Shown here piece after piece: positions 9,307 to 18,613 of a stretch of 64,000 bases of DNA. Made by a program: the position numbers and the translations under genes. The number at the start of each line of letters is the position of its first letter. The first letter of the stretch is position 1. The notes beneath the pieces were generated by a model, which was given only the letters and a program-made list of their open reading frames with translations, was not told where the DNA came from and made no database searches. This DNA is from an archaeon (GTDB lineage Archaea; Nanobdellota; Nanobdellia; SCGC-AAA011-G17; GW2011-AR17). The stretch is from the NCBI GenBank assembly GCA_018653605.1, contig JABHYY010000018.1:29324-93323 (forward strand). The letters run 5' to 3'.

Positions 9307-10566
9307 ATGTTAGATTACATAGACCTAAAATACAAACCTTCTAAAAAAGATCTTGTTGCTGAATACTATGTAGAACCTAACAGATTAAGTCTAAAAACAG
9401 TATCAAACCACCTAGCAGCAGAAAGTTCTATAGGAACATGGGATGATGTAGTAACACTTTCACCAAAAGTTGCAAAGAGACTAAAACCTTCAGTATACTC
9501 AATAAATCAGAAAAAGAAAATAATAAAGATAGCTTACCATGAAGAACTGTTTGAAAACGGAAACATGCCACAAATGCTATCTAGTATTGCAGGAAACATT
9601 TATGGAATGAAAGCAGTAAAAAATCTTAAACTTCTAGATATCCATTTCACAAAATCACAAGTAAAATCCTTCAAAGGCCCAAGGTTTGGAATCAAAGGAA
9701 TAAGAAGAATAACCAAAGTAAAAAAAAGACCTTTAGTTGGAACAATTGTAAAACCAAAAGTTGGCTTAACAGCAAAACAACATGCAAAAGTTGCATTCAA
9801 TGCATGGGTTGGTGGCCTTGACGCAGTTAAATTCGATGAAAACCTAACCAGTATGAAATTTAACAAGTTTGAAAAAAATATCAAACTTACAGAAAAGCTT
9901 AGAAGAAAAGCAGAAAAGATTACAGGTGAAAAAAAGTTATACTTAGCAAACATTACAGCAGAAACAGATGAAATGTTAAGAAGAGCAAAGTTTGTGCAAG
10001 ATCAGGGTGGCAATTACCTAATGGTTGATATTTTAACAATGGGTTTTGCAGCATTACAAACAGTAAGAAAACATGTTAAACTTCCACTGCATGGACACAG
10101 AGCAATGCATGCAGCACTAACAAAAGGAAACAATGGAATGTCAATGTTAGTAATTGCAAAGATTTCAAGACTTTTAGGTATTGACACTTTACACATTGGA
10201 ACTGCATACCTTGGAAAAATGTCAGAATCAAAACAATCAACTTTAGACATTCAAAAAGAAATTGAAAATCCTAATATGAAAGCACATGGTGAACTTCTAA
10301 AACAAAAATGGTATGGTATGAAACCTTGTTTAGCAGTAGCATCAGGAGGTTTACACCCAGGACACATACCAAAGTTAGTAAAAATAATGGGCAATGATGT
10401 TGTAATACAAGCAGGTGGAGGTTGTCATGCTCATCCATCAGGAACAATAGCTGGAGCAAAAGCAATGCGACAAGCTTTAGAAGCATCAATGCAAAAAGTA
10501 CCTTTACGAAGATATGCAAAGACCCACCCAGAACTTTCTGCAGCAATCAAAAGATGGGGTTGCTAA
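9307..10566 (+). CDS. rbcL: form III(-like) ribulose-1,5-bisphosphate carboxylase
   Basis: AAESSIGTW, IAGNIYGMKAV, GTIVKPKVGL, GGLDAVKFDE, HGHRAMH, LHIGT..GKM, SGGLH, QAGGG. Confidence 0.93.
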   Translation: MLDYIDLKYKPSKKDLVAEYYVEPNRLSLKTVSNHLAAESSIGTWDDVVTLSPKVAKRLKPSVYSINQKKKIIKIAYHEELFENGNMPQMLSSIAGNIYGMKAVKNLKLLDIHFTKSQVKSFKGPRFGIKGIRRITKVKKRPLVGTIVKPKVGLTAKQHAKVAFNAWVGGLDAVKFDENLTSMKFNKFEKNIKLTEKLRRKAEKITGEKKLYLANITAETDEMLRRAKFVQDQGGNYLMVDILTMGFAALQTVRKHVKLPLHGHRAMHAALTKGNNGMSMLVIAKISRLLGIDTLHIGTAYLGKMSESKQSTLDIQKEIENPNMKAHGELLKQKWYGMKPCLAVASGGLHPGHIPKLVKIMGNDVVIQAGGGCHAHPSGTIAGAKAMRQALEASMQKVPLRRYAKTHPELSAAIKRWGC

Positions 10567-10591
10567 ACAAAACCAAAAGCTTTTTTAAATA
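10563..10591. repeat. duplicated promoter block CTAAACAAAACCAAAAGCTTTTTTAAATA (second copy 10971-10999)
   Basis: 29-bp identical copies upstream of two paralogous genes; similarity continues through AATTCTCAAATATTATGACTTTA. Confidence 0.85.
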
Positions 10592-10611
10592 AAACTTAAT
10601 TCTCAAATATT

Positions 10612-10965
10612 ATGACTTTAAGCAGAAAAGAAGTAGAAAGAGTAATTGAAGCATATGATACATATAATGGCATAGTTAATGCTGCAGCACAAGATTTACC
10701 CTTTTCAGCAATAACAATAAAAAAGTATTGGGGAAGAGCAAAATTAGAAACAGCTTATGAAAAAGACAAATCAATAAATCGTTTACCAGATGAACGAATA
10801 GAAAAGATCTTTGAGGCACATACAACATACAAAGGAGATACTTCCAAAGCTTGTAAACATTTAGGAGTAACACGTGCAACAATTATAAAACATTGGAAAA
10901 GAGAAAATTTGCCAATTGATCCACCCAATGACAATACAGCTTCGCTAGAAGAAAGAGTTATTTAA
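10612..10965 (+). CDS. tandem HTH-repeat protein (2 repeats)
   Basis: repeat unit I.A(Y/H).TY.G...AA..L.FS..TI.KYW, HTH-like. Confidence 0.7.
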   Translation: MTLSRKEVERVIEAYDTYNGIVNAAAQDLPFSAITIKKYWGRAKLETAYEKDKSINRLPDERIEKIFEAHTTYKGDTSKACKHLGVTRATIIKHWKRENLPIDPPNDNTASLEERVI

Positions 10966-11019
10966 CCACACTAAACAAAACCAAAAGCTTTTTTAAATAG
11001 ATGAAAATTCTCAAATATT

Positions 11020-11751
11020 ATGACTTTAAACAGAGAAGAAGTAACAAGATTAGTTGGAGCATATGATACATATAAAGGAATAGTAGCAAAAGCTGCAGAA
11101 GTATTACCTTTTTCAGGACCAACAATAGCAAAGTATTGGAGAGCAGAAGGACTAGAAATTAAAAGAAAAGAGAGGAAATTAAGAGCAGATGGAAGAGCTG
11201 TTCATGCCATTAGTAAAATAAATATATCTAAAATCATAAAGGCACATGAAACATACAAAGGAGATTTAGTAGATGCTACTAAAAACTTACCCTTTGCAAA
11301 ACCAACAATAGCAAAATATTGGGCTGAAAAAGAATTAGAAAGAGTTTATAGACTAAGAGGATATCCCAGACCAGTAATACGTTTTACAGATGAAAAAATA
11401 GAAGAAATAATTGAAGCACATAGAACATACAATGGAATGGTTGCAGCAGCAGCAAGAGAATTAAATGTTTCAAAATCATCAGTACTAAAGTATTGGGAAC
11501 AAGAAGATTTAGAAAGGAAAACATATAAAAAAAATCCTCATGCAAACTATAACCCAGTTGAAAAAGAAGAACATGCAAGGATAATTGCAGCATATGAAAC
11601 TTTTCAAGGAAATGCTTCAAAAGCAGGTAAACAATTAGGAAGATCACATACAACAATTACAAAATATTGGAGAAAAGCAAATTTAACAGTTCATCCACAA
11701 GGTAGAAAAAAAGTTTCATTAGAAACACTAGTTGACCAAAACTCTACTTAA
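11020..11751 (+). CDS. tandem HTH-repeat protein (4 repeats), paralog of 10612
   Basis: four copies of the same unit, e.g. AAAARELNVSKSSVLKYW. Confidence 0.75.
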   Translation: MTLNREEVTRLVGAYDTYKGIVAKAAEVLPFSGPTIAKYWRAEGLEIKRKERKLRADGRAVHAISKINISKIIKAHETYKGDLVDATKNLPFAKPTIAKYWAEKELERVYRLRGYPRPVIRFTDEKIEEIIEAHRTYNGMVAAAARELNVSKSSVLKYWEQEDLERKTYKKNPHANYNPVEKEEHARIIAAYETFQGNASKAGKQLGRSHTTITKYWRKANLTVHPQGRKKVSLETLVDQNST

Positions 11752-12292
11752 ATTTCTCATAAACTAAATACCCAAAAGTACCAACAATCAATCCAAGCAT
11801 AACATCTAAAACAAAATGTTGCTTAGTAAATAAAGTTGACAGAGCAATCAAAACAAACACTGCATAATACCATTTCTTATTATACACCAAAGCAGAAAAC
11901 ATCACCAAAGAAACATGCGTACTAGGAAAAAGATTATGAGGAAAGTCTGCAGTATAAAGAACATTCATTAACCAAGTAAAAAATCCAGTCACAACAAACT
12001 CAGGCCTAACAATTTCACTAGGAAAAAACAAGAAAAAGGGCAAAGTGAATGCAATAACTGAAACAAAACCATAAACATAGGCTTTCATATCCTTCAATTC
12101 AAAAATGGGGAACCAAATTACAAAATACATTAAGATGTAAACCAAAGAGAAAAATGGAATAAATGGGAACCAAGAATCCAAAACAGTTTCATACGAATAA
12201 AACGCAGAATCATGTACAAACACATTAACTAAACAATACAAGATAGTCCAAGCCAACCATAGAGTGATTGCAATATACCATTTCTTTTCCAT
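11744..12292 (-). CDS. PAP2/inositolphosphotransferase-like membrane phosphoesterase
   Basis: NLFPSTHV and STLFTKQHFVLDV motifs; likely ATG at 12292 (MEKKW). Confidence 0.8.
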   Translation of the reverse strand: MEKKWYIAITLWLAWTILYCLVNVFVHDSAFYSYETVLDSWFPFIPFFSLVYILMYFVIWFPIFELKDMKAYVYGFVSVIAFTLPFFLFFPSEIVRPEFVVTGFFTWLMNVLYTADFPHNLFPSTHVSLVMFSALVYNKKWYYAVFVLIALSTLFTKQHFVLDVMLGLIVGTFGYLVYEKFK

Positions 12293-12372
12293 AAAAAACA
12301 GTTTTAAGCTAGTGTTTAAAAGATTTGCTAAATATAAAATTGGTACCAATTAAAAAAAAATAAAAAAAGGGA

Positions 12373-12519
12373 TCACCTCCCAACTTTTTTCTCAATAAAA
12401 TTCAATAATTTATTTGTTCGGTCCATCCGATGCAAAACAACACAACCATCAGGTTTTGTGCTATCATATGCTTTACATTGATCTGTACACTCTCTATCCA
12501 CATAAGGACATTTTGCCAT
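12373..12519 (-). CDS. 48-aa Cys-rich small protein (not in ORF track)
   Basis: MAKCPYVDRECTDQCKAYDSTKPDGCVVLHRMDRTNKLLNFIEKKVGR; GGAGG SD overlaps the end of rimK. Confidence 0.7.
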   Translation of the reverse strand: MAKCPYVDRECTDQCKAYDSTKPDGCVVLHRMDRTNKLLNFIEKKVGR

Positions 12520-12524
12520 TTCCT

Positions 12525-13607
12525 CTACCTCCCAGCTTTGTTCTTTTTGATAGCAATTTCTTGCTTATCAATAAAAAGACTAACCTCTTCCCCATCCCTG
12601 AAATTTGTAATTCTTGTTACAACTTCAGGCAACCTAATCCTACCCATTTTTATATCTAAGTTAGCCAATATTTCTTTTGAATCAACTTTTTGGACATTCA
12701 AATCATCCATAATGTTTTGAACATTATCTCTTTTTTCTTCCTTTCTAAACTCAACAGTTCTTTCATATAAGTACCTTGCAACAATATCAGGAACATCTTT
12801 CCCAGTTGCAGCACTTATCCCTTCAACACCAGGTGTTGCATTAATTTCTAAAACAACAGGCCTCACACCTTGTAAAATATCAACACCACAAACATCAGCT
12901 TTGATTGCTTTTGCAGCCTTTATAGCTAACTGTTCAGTATCATAATCCAACTCAAAAGCAAGACCTTTTCCACCTTGATGAATATTAGCTCTCACTTCTT
13001 CCTTCCCAGCCTTTCTTTGCATACTTGCAACAACTTTGTTTCCAACAACATAAGCCCTAATATCAGTTCCACCAGTATCAATATACTCTTGAATTATAAA
13101 AGCTTGACCAAAAGTTTCCAAAGCATCTAAAAGAGTTTTTGCAGACTCAACAGAATCAGCAACCATAACGCCCTTACCTTGGGTTCCAGCAGGAGTCTTC
13201 AGAATAATAGGATACTTAACCATCTGTAAAACATTTCTTGCTTCTTCAGCATTAGAACAAAAATAAGTTTCAGGTACAGCAACACCTTCCCTTTGCAACC
13301 TAAGCAAAGTTAACAATTTATTATGACAAGTTGGAAAAACAGAAGCATGCAAAGGCAAATAAACAGTTCCAGCCAAAAGATGACTTGCAGTGTACTGCAA
13401 CAACTCATACCTAAAAGATCCTTTAAAATATAAACAATCAAACCCTTTCAAAGGCTTACCTTCATACAAAACTTCTTTTCCAGAATCTACCTTTGTTGAT
13501 AATTTTTTAATATTAACTAACTCAACCTCATCAAAATACTTCTTAGCCCTTTCAAGGATCAATAAAGCTCCCGGACCTCCAACACTAACAACACCTAATT
13601 TCATCAT
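12525..13607 (-). CDS. rimK: RimK/LysX-family ATP-grasp ligase with C-terminal AbrB-like extension
   Basis: GTQGKGV, IIQEYI, DIRAYVVG, RANIHQGG, CGVDIL, LEINATPG; C-terminal MGRIRLPEVVTRITNFRDGEEV. Confidence 0.88.
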   Translation of the reverse strand: MMKLGVVSVGGPGALLILERAKKYFDEVELVNIKKLSTKVDSGKEVLYEGKPLKGFDCLYFKGSFRYELLQYTASHLLAGTVYLPLHASVFPTCHNKLLTLLRLQREGVAVPETYFCSNAEEARNVLQMVKYPIILKTPAGTQGKGVMVADSVESAKTLLDALETFGQAFIIQEYIDTGGTDIRAYVVGNKVVASMQRKAGKEEVRANIHQGGKGLAFELDYDTEQLAIKAAKAIKADVCGVDILQGVRPVVLEINATPGVEGISAATGKDVPDIVARYLYERTVEFRKEEKRDNVQNIMDDLNVQKVDSKEILANLDIKMGRIRLPEVVTRITNFRDGEEVSLFIDKQEIAIKKNKAGR

Positions 13608-13927
13608 AAAGAAGGGTCAATCAAAAAACCCTGTTTTAACACCTCCACCCCAATCAAAATCTGATACTGCAAATGACTTCTATCAGCCACATTAAAATGT
13701 GTATCTAACTTTTTCCCTTTCAAAACAATCTCAGCTCCAACCAAAGGCCTGACCTGCTGCCCTGAAGCAGACTTAACTAAAATTGTTTTACCCAAACCCT
13801 CTAAACCAAGCTCTTCAGCTAAAGACTTAGATATTGAATTCCCTCTTGCTCCAGTGTCAATCTTAGCTTTGATAACTTTTCCCCCAACTTCAACATCTTC
13901 AACCAAACCAATACAAACCTTATCCAT
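13604..13927 (-). CDS. RimK-associated retropepsin-like protease (RimB-like)
   Basis: AKIDTGA, SASGQQVRP, ADRSHL..QILIG; coupled to rimK. Confidence 0.85.
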   Translation of the reverse strand: MDKVCIGLVEDVEVGGKVIKAKIDTGARGNSISKSLAEELGLEGLGKTILVKSASGQQVRPLVGAEIVLKGKKLDTHFNVADRSHLQYQILIGVEVLKQGFLIDPSL

Positions 13928-14024
13928 AATAAGATTCAAGCAAAGTAGCTTTAAAAGAATTTCTATAGATCAAAACATACTATTTACCAAAAATCTTAAT
14001 AAAGATAAAAACCATACAAAACAC

Positions 14025-15014
14025 ATGCATTTAAACAAATATACTTCATATTTTTATATAGCATTCGCAGTTGTTATCCTTTACTTCACTTTAAAGATAA
14101 TTAACCCTTACATCAATGCCTTACTTTCAAGCATAGTTTTATCATTTATTTTCTATCCAGTATATAGATGGTTACACAAATACATAAAAAATAAAACCAT
14201 TTGTTCATTAATTGTTACAATAGCATTAATCTTAATTTTGCTAGTACCATCAGCCTACATTCTTAACACAATTATCACAGAAGCAGCAAGCCTTTACAAC
14301 ACAGATTTCCAAACTGCAAAAGATCTCTTAATAGATAAATTAAATATTAACTTAAGTCCAGAAGTAGAAGAAAGTTTAAATGACTTAATAAGAAATGCAG
14401 TACTTTCAATTATAGATTTAACTTCGGAGTTCTTGCTCTCATTACCACAAATGTTTATTAATTTCTTCATAATGGTCTTTGTATTCTTCTTTTCCTTCAA
14501 AGATGGAGAAAAAATAGTAAAGTATTTCAGAGAAAGTTTACCAATTGATGAAGGACACAAAAAAGCAGTAATCAAAAAAATTCAAACAACAATAAGTTCT
14601 TTAGTTTATGGAGAGATTGCAATTTCACTTATAGAAGGTGTGGTTGCAGCAATTGGATTTTATTTAATTGGAGTAAATTCACCAATATTCTTTGGTTTAA
14701 TCGTCGCAATATTTGCCTTGTTACCATTAATAGGACCAACAATTGTATATGTACCATTAGCAATTTACCAATTCATGCAAGGTGAAATCCTAACAGGAAT
14801 TATTTTGCTAGCCTTTGGTTTCTTTGTATTAACATTATTACTAGATTTAATAGTAAAACCAAAATTGCTTGGAATGAAAGGACACATCCATCCCATTATA
14901 ATCTTGCTAGGTGTACTAGGTGGTTTAAGTGTATTCGGTCTACCAGGATTAATCATAGGACCGGTTATCTTAGTATTATTTATTTTAATAATAGAAATCT
15001 TCTTTGAAAAATAG
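14025..15014 (+). CDS. AI-2E family transporter
   Basis: multi-TM; FFFSFKDG, LPLIGP, HPIIILLGVLGGL..FG..GLIIGP; likely ATG at 14025. Confidence 0.88.
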   Translation: MHLNKYTSYFYIAFAVVILYFTLKIINPYINALLSSIVLSFIFYPVYRWLHKYIKNKTICSLIVTIALILILLVPSAYILNTIITEAASLYNTDFQTAKDLLIDKLNINLSPEVEESLNDLIRNAVLSIIDLTSEFLLSLPQMFINFFIMVFVFFFSFKDGEKIVKYFRESLPIDEGHKKAVIKKIQTTISSLVYGEIAISLIEGVVAAIGFYLIGVNSPIFFGLIVAIFALLPLIGPTIVYVPLAIYQFMQGEILTGIILLAFGFFVLTLLLDLIVKPKLLGMKGHIHPIIILLGVLGGLSVFGLPGLIIGPVILVLFILIIEIFFEK

Positions 15015-15053
15015 TAGAAACTTATTTAAGCTAAAATACACATGAAATAATTA

Positions 15054-16523
15054 ATGAAATTAAAAGTAAAAGAGGTTAAGTTAAGTACAGGTGGTCCCTT
15101 AATAGCAATTCTTACACAAAAAGATGCAAGATTGTTAGATCTTTCTCCAGGAGATAGAGTTCTAATCAAAAGACCCAAAGTAAAAAAAGAAATAACTTGT
15201 GTTGTAGACATTTCAAGCATGGGAATAAAAAATGGAGAGATAGGATTTTTTGAAGAAGCATTCAAAGCACTAAAAGCTAAATCAAAACAACAAGTAGAAG
15301 TTAATTTAGCAGAAAAACCAAAATCAATTTATTATATCAAGAAAAAATTAGAAGGAATTGAATTAAGTGGAAAAGAAATTAATGAAATTGTCAAGGACAT
15401 CATTGCAAACAAACTTTCTGAAGTTGAAACAACATACTTTATTGCAGCATGTTACACAAAAGGAATGAAACTAAGAGAAGCTGCAAAACTAACACAATCA
15501 ATTGTTGACAATGGTGAAACTTTAAAATTCAAAAGTAAAGTTCTTGTTGACAAACATTGCATAGGAGGTGTTCCAGGAAACAGAACAACAATGTTAGTTG
15601 TACCAATCATGGCAGCACTAGGATACAAAATGCCAAAAACTTCCTCAAGAAGCATTACTTCACCAGCAGGAACTTCAGACACAATGGAAGTTCTAGCACC
15701 AGTTTCCCTTTCAACTAAAAAAATAAAAAAAGTAGTAAACAAAACAGGAGGTTGCATGGCTTGGGGTGGAGCAGTAAACTTAGCAGCAGCAGATGACAAA
15801 CTAATCAAACTAAGGCACGATCTTTCAATTGATCCTTTAGGCATGATGCTTGCAAGTATCATGGCAAAGAAAAAGTCAGTTGGCTCAACACATGTTTTAA
15901 TTGACATTCCATGGGGCAAAGGTTCAAAAGTTGCAAATAAAAAAGATGCAATAAAATTAAAAAAACTTTTCATAAAAATAGGTAAACTTCTTGGAATGAA
16001 AGTAAAAGTTGTTATGACAGATGGAACACAACCAGTTGGTTCAGGAATAGGGCCAGCACTAGAATGTTCAGATGTAATTGCAGTACTAAAGGGCGATGGA
16101 CCAAATGATCTAAGAGAAAAAGGAGTTTTCTTAGCAACAGAAATGTTAAAATTATTAAAAGTAAGAAGACCAAAGAAAAAAGTTTTAGATATTCTAGACT
16201 CAGGCAAAGCTTACAAAAAGTTTAGAGAAATTATTATAGCACAAGGTGGACTAAAAAGACCAAACATTCCTTCAGCAGATTTATTTTATGAATACAAAGC
16301 AACCAAAGCAGGAAAAGTAAAAGAGATCAATAATAAACAAATTTCAAAATTAGCTAGAATCGCAGGTGCACCTGATGACAAAGTAGCTGGAATGTACCTT
16401 AGAGTCAGAGTTCATAACAAAGTGAAAAAAGGACATATATTATTTACACTTTATGCAAAGAGTCAGACTAAACTAGACAATGCTAAGAAGTATTTGAAAA
16501 GTATAAAACCAATAATTTACTAA
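15054..16523 (+). CDS. deoA: AMP phosphorylase
   Basis: N-terminal extra domain plus DKHCIGGVPGNRTT, PKTSSRSITSPAGTSDTMEVLA, GGAVNLAAADD. Confidence 0.92.
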   Translation: MKLKVKEVKLSTGGPLIAILTQKDARLLDLSPGDRVLIKRPKVKKEITCVVDISSMGIKNGEIGFFEEAFKALKAKSKQQVEVNLAEKPKSIYYIKKKLEGIELSGKEINEIVKDIIANKLSEVETTYFIAACYTKGMKLREAAKLTQSIVDNGETLKFKSKVLVDKHCIGGVPGNRTTMLVVPIMAALGYKMPKTSSRSITSPAGTSDTMEVLAPVSLSTKKIKKVVNKTGGCMAWGGAVNLAAADDKLIKLRHDLSIDPLGMMLASIMAKKKSVGSTHVLIDIPWGKGSKVANKKDAIKLKKLFIKIGKLLGMKVKVVMTDGTQPVGSGIGPALECSDVIAVLKGDGPNDLREKGVFLATEMLKLLKVRRPKKKVLDILDSGKAYKKFREIIIAQGGLKRPNIPSADLFYEYKATKAGKVKEINNKQISKLARIAGAPDDKVAGMYLRVRVHNKVKKGHILFTLYAKSQTKLDNAKKYLKSIKPIIY

Positions 16524-16560
16524 ACAAATCTTTAAATAATTCTAAACAAAAATCAATATT

Positions 16561-17085
16561 ATGGAAGAAATCAAAAGAAAAATAAGAACAATCCCTAACT
16601 TTCCAAAAGAAGGAATAATGTTCAGAGACATCACTACTTTACTGGCTGACCCTGAAGGACTAAAGAAAACACTAGAATACTTTCTAATCAGGTACAAAGG
16701 AAGAAAAATTGACAAAGTTGTAGGTATTGAAAGCAGAGGTTTCATTTTAGGAGGAGCACTAGCTTACTTGCTAAACAAAGGTTTTGTTCCAGTTAGAAAA
16801 AAAGGGAAATTACCTGGCGAAACAATTGGAATAACTTATGATCTAGAATATGGAACAGACACTTTAGAAATGCACACAGATTCAATTAAACCAGGAGAAA
16901 ATGTTTTACTTGTAGACGATCTAATTGCCACAGGAGGTTCCTGTAGAGCTGCAGCAGACCTTATTGAAAGACAAGGTGGAAAAATAGTAGAATGCGCATT
17001 TATAGTAGATCTGCCAGATCTAAAAGGTAAAGAAAAAATTAAAAATTATGATATATTTACTTTAGTTGAATTCGAAGGAGATTAA
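16561..17085 (+). CDS. apt: adenine phosphoribosyltransferase
   Basis: IPNFPKEGIMFRDITTLL, ESRGF, RKKGKLP, YDLEYG, VDDLIATGGS. Confidence 0.95.
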   Translation: MEEIKRKIRTIPNFPKEGIMFRDITTLLADPEGLKKTLEYFLIRYKGRKIDKVVGIESRGFILGGALAYLLNKGFVPVRKKGKLPGETIGITYDLEYGTDTLEMHTDSIKPGENVLLVDDLIATGGSCRAAADLIERQGGKIVECAFIVDLPDLKGKEKIKNYDIFTLVEFEGD

Positions 17086-17295
17086 TTACCTTCTCTTTTT
17101 TCTTTTAACAACTTTTTTCTTAACTGTTTTTTTCCTAAAAAGCCTTTTTTTTGCAGGTTTCTTACCTAGGATTACAGATTCTAACCTTACAATCTTCCTT
17201 TCTAGCAAAAATATCCTTCTCAAACCATAAATCATTGCAATAACACCAGCAAGAGTTATGTAAGATATAAATAATATTTGATTTTCAATAGCCAT
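17086..17295 (-). CDS. small membrane protein with basic tail
   Basis: one TM helix, coiled coil, Lys/Arg-rich C-terminus; GAGGTGA SD upstream. Confidence 0.65.
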   Translation of the reverse strand: MAIENQILFISYITLAGVIAMIYGLRRIFLLERKIVRLESVILGKKPAKKRLFRKKTVKKKVVKRKKRR

Positions 17296-17386
17296 AAAGT
17301 ATCACCTCTGTTACTATATACACCATTCTAATATAAATACTTTACTACAAAGGTTTAAATATGATTTCTTCACCCAAAAATAGGAT

Positions 17387-18613
17387 ATGAGCGCACTAAA
17401 TGACATATTTTACAGGCTTGAGCAAGCATGGACCAAATACAACCACCTTTCACCTAGAGAGATCTGTCTAAGAACACCAGCTATTGATAGAGATAGTGAA
17501 ATTGTAGGAGTTAGAAAAGATCTAGCACAAACTCAAGTTGATGCAGAAATATTACTAAGAGCAATCACAGATTATACATTAGGAGAATACTTAGGAGCTA
17601 CTGGAAACATTCCAACAACAAGCCAATATTTACAAGAAGTTGGTTTTTATTGCGATAAACCTGGACACAAAGGATCACCAATTGTAGCAACAGGAGTTTT
17701 TCCACAAACAAGATTAGACAGATTGGTATTAAGCCCAAGAAATTTAACACACATTCATCACAATAAACAACATGGTCAATCTGAACTAAGAAGGATCTAC
17801 AGAAGAAATAGGATCTTTTGTCCTAGCTGTAAAAGTCCAACAACTAGAGTAAAGACAGCAGAAGTGATTTCAGTTTATGATGCAGAAAAAGAAGAAGAGT
17901 TACAAAGAAGCATCAAATCATTAAGATCAGTTGATAGAAGAAGAGTACAGGAACTAATGCATCCAGATTTAAGATTTCAAACTTATATCAATGTAGCAGG
18001 AGGAATAACACCCATTTCAACTTTGCTTAATCAAGATCCAAAAAAAAGAGTAAGAGCATACCCACAAGTTAAACAATTAGTTAGAGAATTTGGAGCACCA
18101 TTGATAACAGCAAAATCAAGAATGAAATTTAGAAGATTGGTAAAAAAATATCTATTAACACAAAATATTGAAACAGATAGAAGATTTTTAGACATTTTAG
18201 GAATAAGATTTATAACAGAAAGTTCAAGTCAATGTTATGAACTATTTTATAGAACTTTTCAAAACTTGCCCTTTTTAAACATAGGTGAATTTCATAACGC
18301 ATTAGAAGATTACATAGCAGAGCCAAAAGAAGATACAGGATATCAAACTCTACAAGGATTATTCTCAATAAGCCCACTTATTCCATTAGATGAATCAAAC
18401 CTCCCAGAAGGAGAATTAAATAGATTCTTGTCTTGGATATGTCTTGAAGCACAAACTAGAACTTTTGAAATGGAAATTGCAGCAAACAAGGATGGTTATC
18501 ATGATAAAGGGACAAGAAAAAAGCTAAAACAAAGAGGATTAGAACCAAAATTAGTTTTCATGGAAAAAGTTGCAGACCCAAGAAAAATAGCACCACACAA
18601 AATACATCACTAA
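17387..18613 (+). CDS. RelA/SpoT-type nucleotidyltransferase (alarmone synthetase-like) with N-terminal zinc-ribbon region
   Basis: SRMK, DILGIRFI, DYIAEPKEDTGYQTLQ and EAQTRTFEM..A...YH match the Rel/Spo synthetase motif order; C..H and CPSC in the N-terminal half. Confidence 0.7.
   Translation: MSALNDIFYRLEQAWTKYNHLSPREICLRTPAIDRDSEIVGVRKDLAQTQVDAEILLRAITDYTLGEYLGATGNIPTTSQYLQEVGFYCDKPGHKGSPIVATGVFPQTRLDRLVLSPRNLTHIHHNKQHGQSELRRIYRRNRIFCPSCKSPTTRVKTAEVISVYDAEKEEELQRSIKSLRSVDRRRVQELMHPDLRFQTYINVAGGITPISTLLNQDPKKRVRAYPQVKQLVREFGAPLITAKSRMKFRRLVKKYLLTQNIETDRRFLDILGIRFITESSSQCYELFYRTFQNLPFLNIGEFHNALEDYIAEPKEDTGYQTLQGLFSISPLIPLDESNLPEGELNRFLSWICLEAQTRTFEMEIAANKDGYHDKGTRKKLKQRGLEPKLVFMEKVADPRKIAPHKIHH

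Noticed and set aside
12370-12380. GGATCACCTCC, identical to the 16S rRNA 3' end
   Set aside because: No rRNA-like sequence around it; it is the reverse complement of the last codons and stop of the 48-aa ORF
15452-16207. 251-aa antisense ORF and the many other short overlapping ORFs in the track
   Set aside because: Shadow frames of well-supported genes, produced by biased codon usage; no motifs
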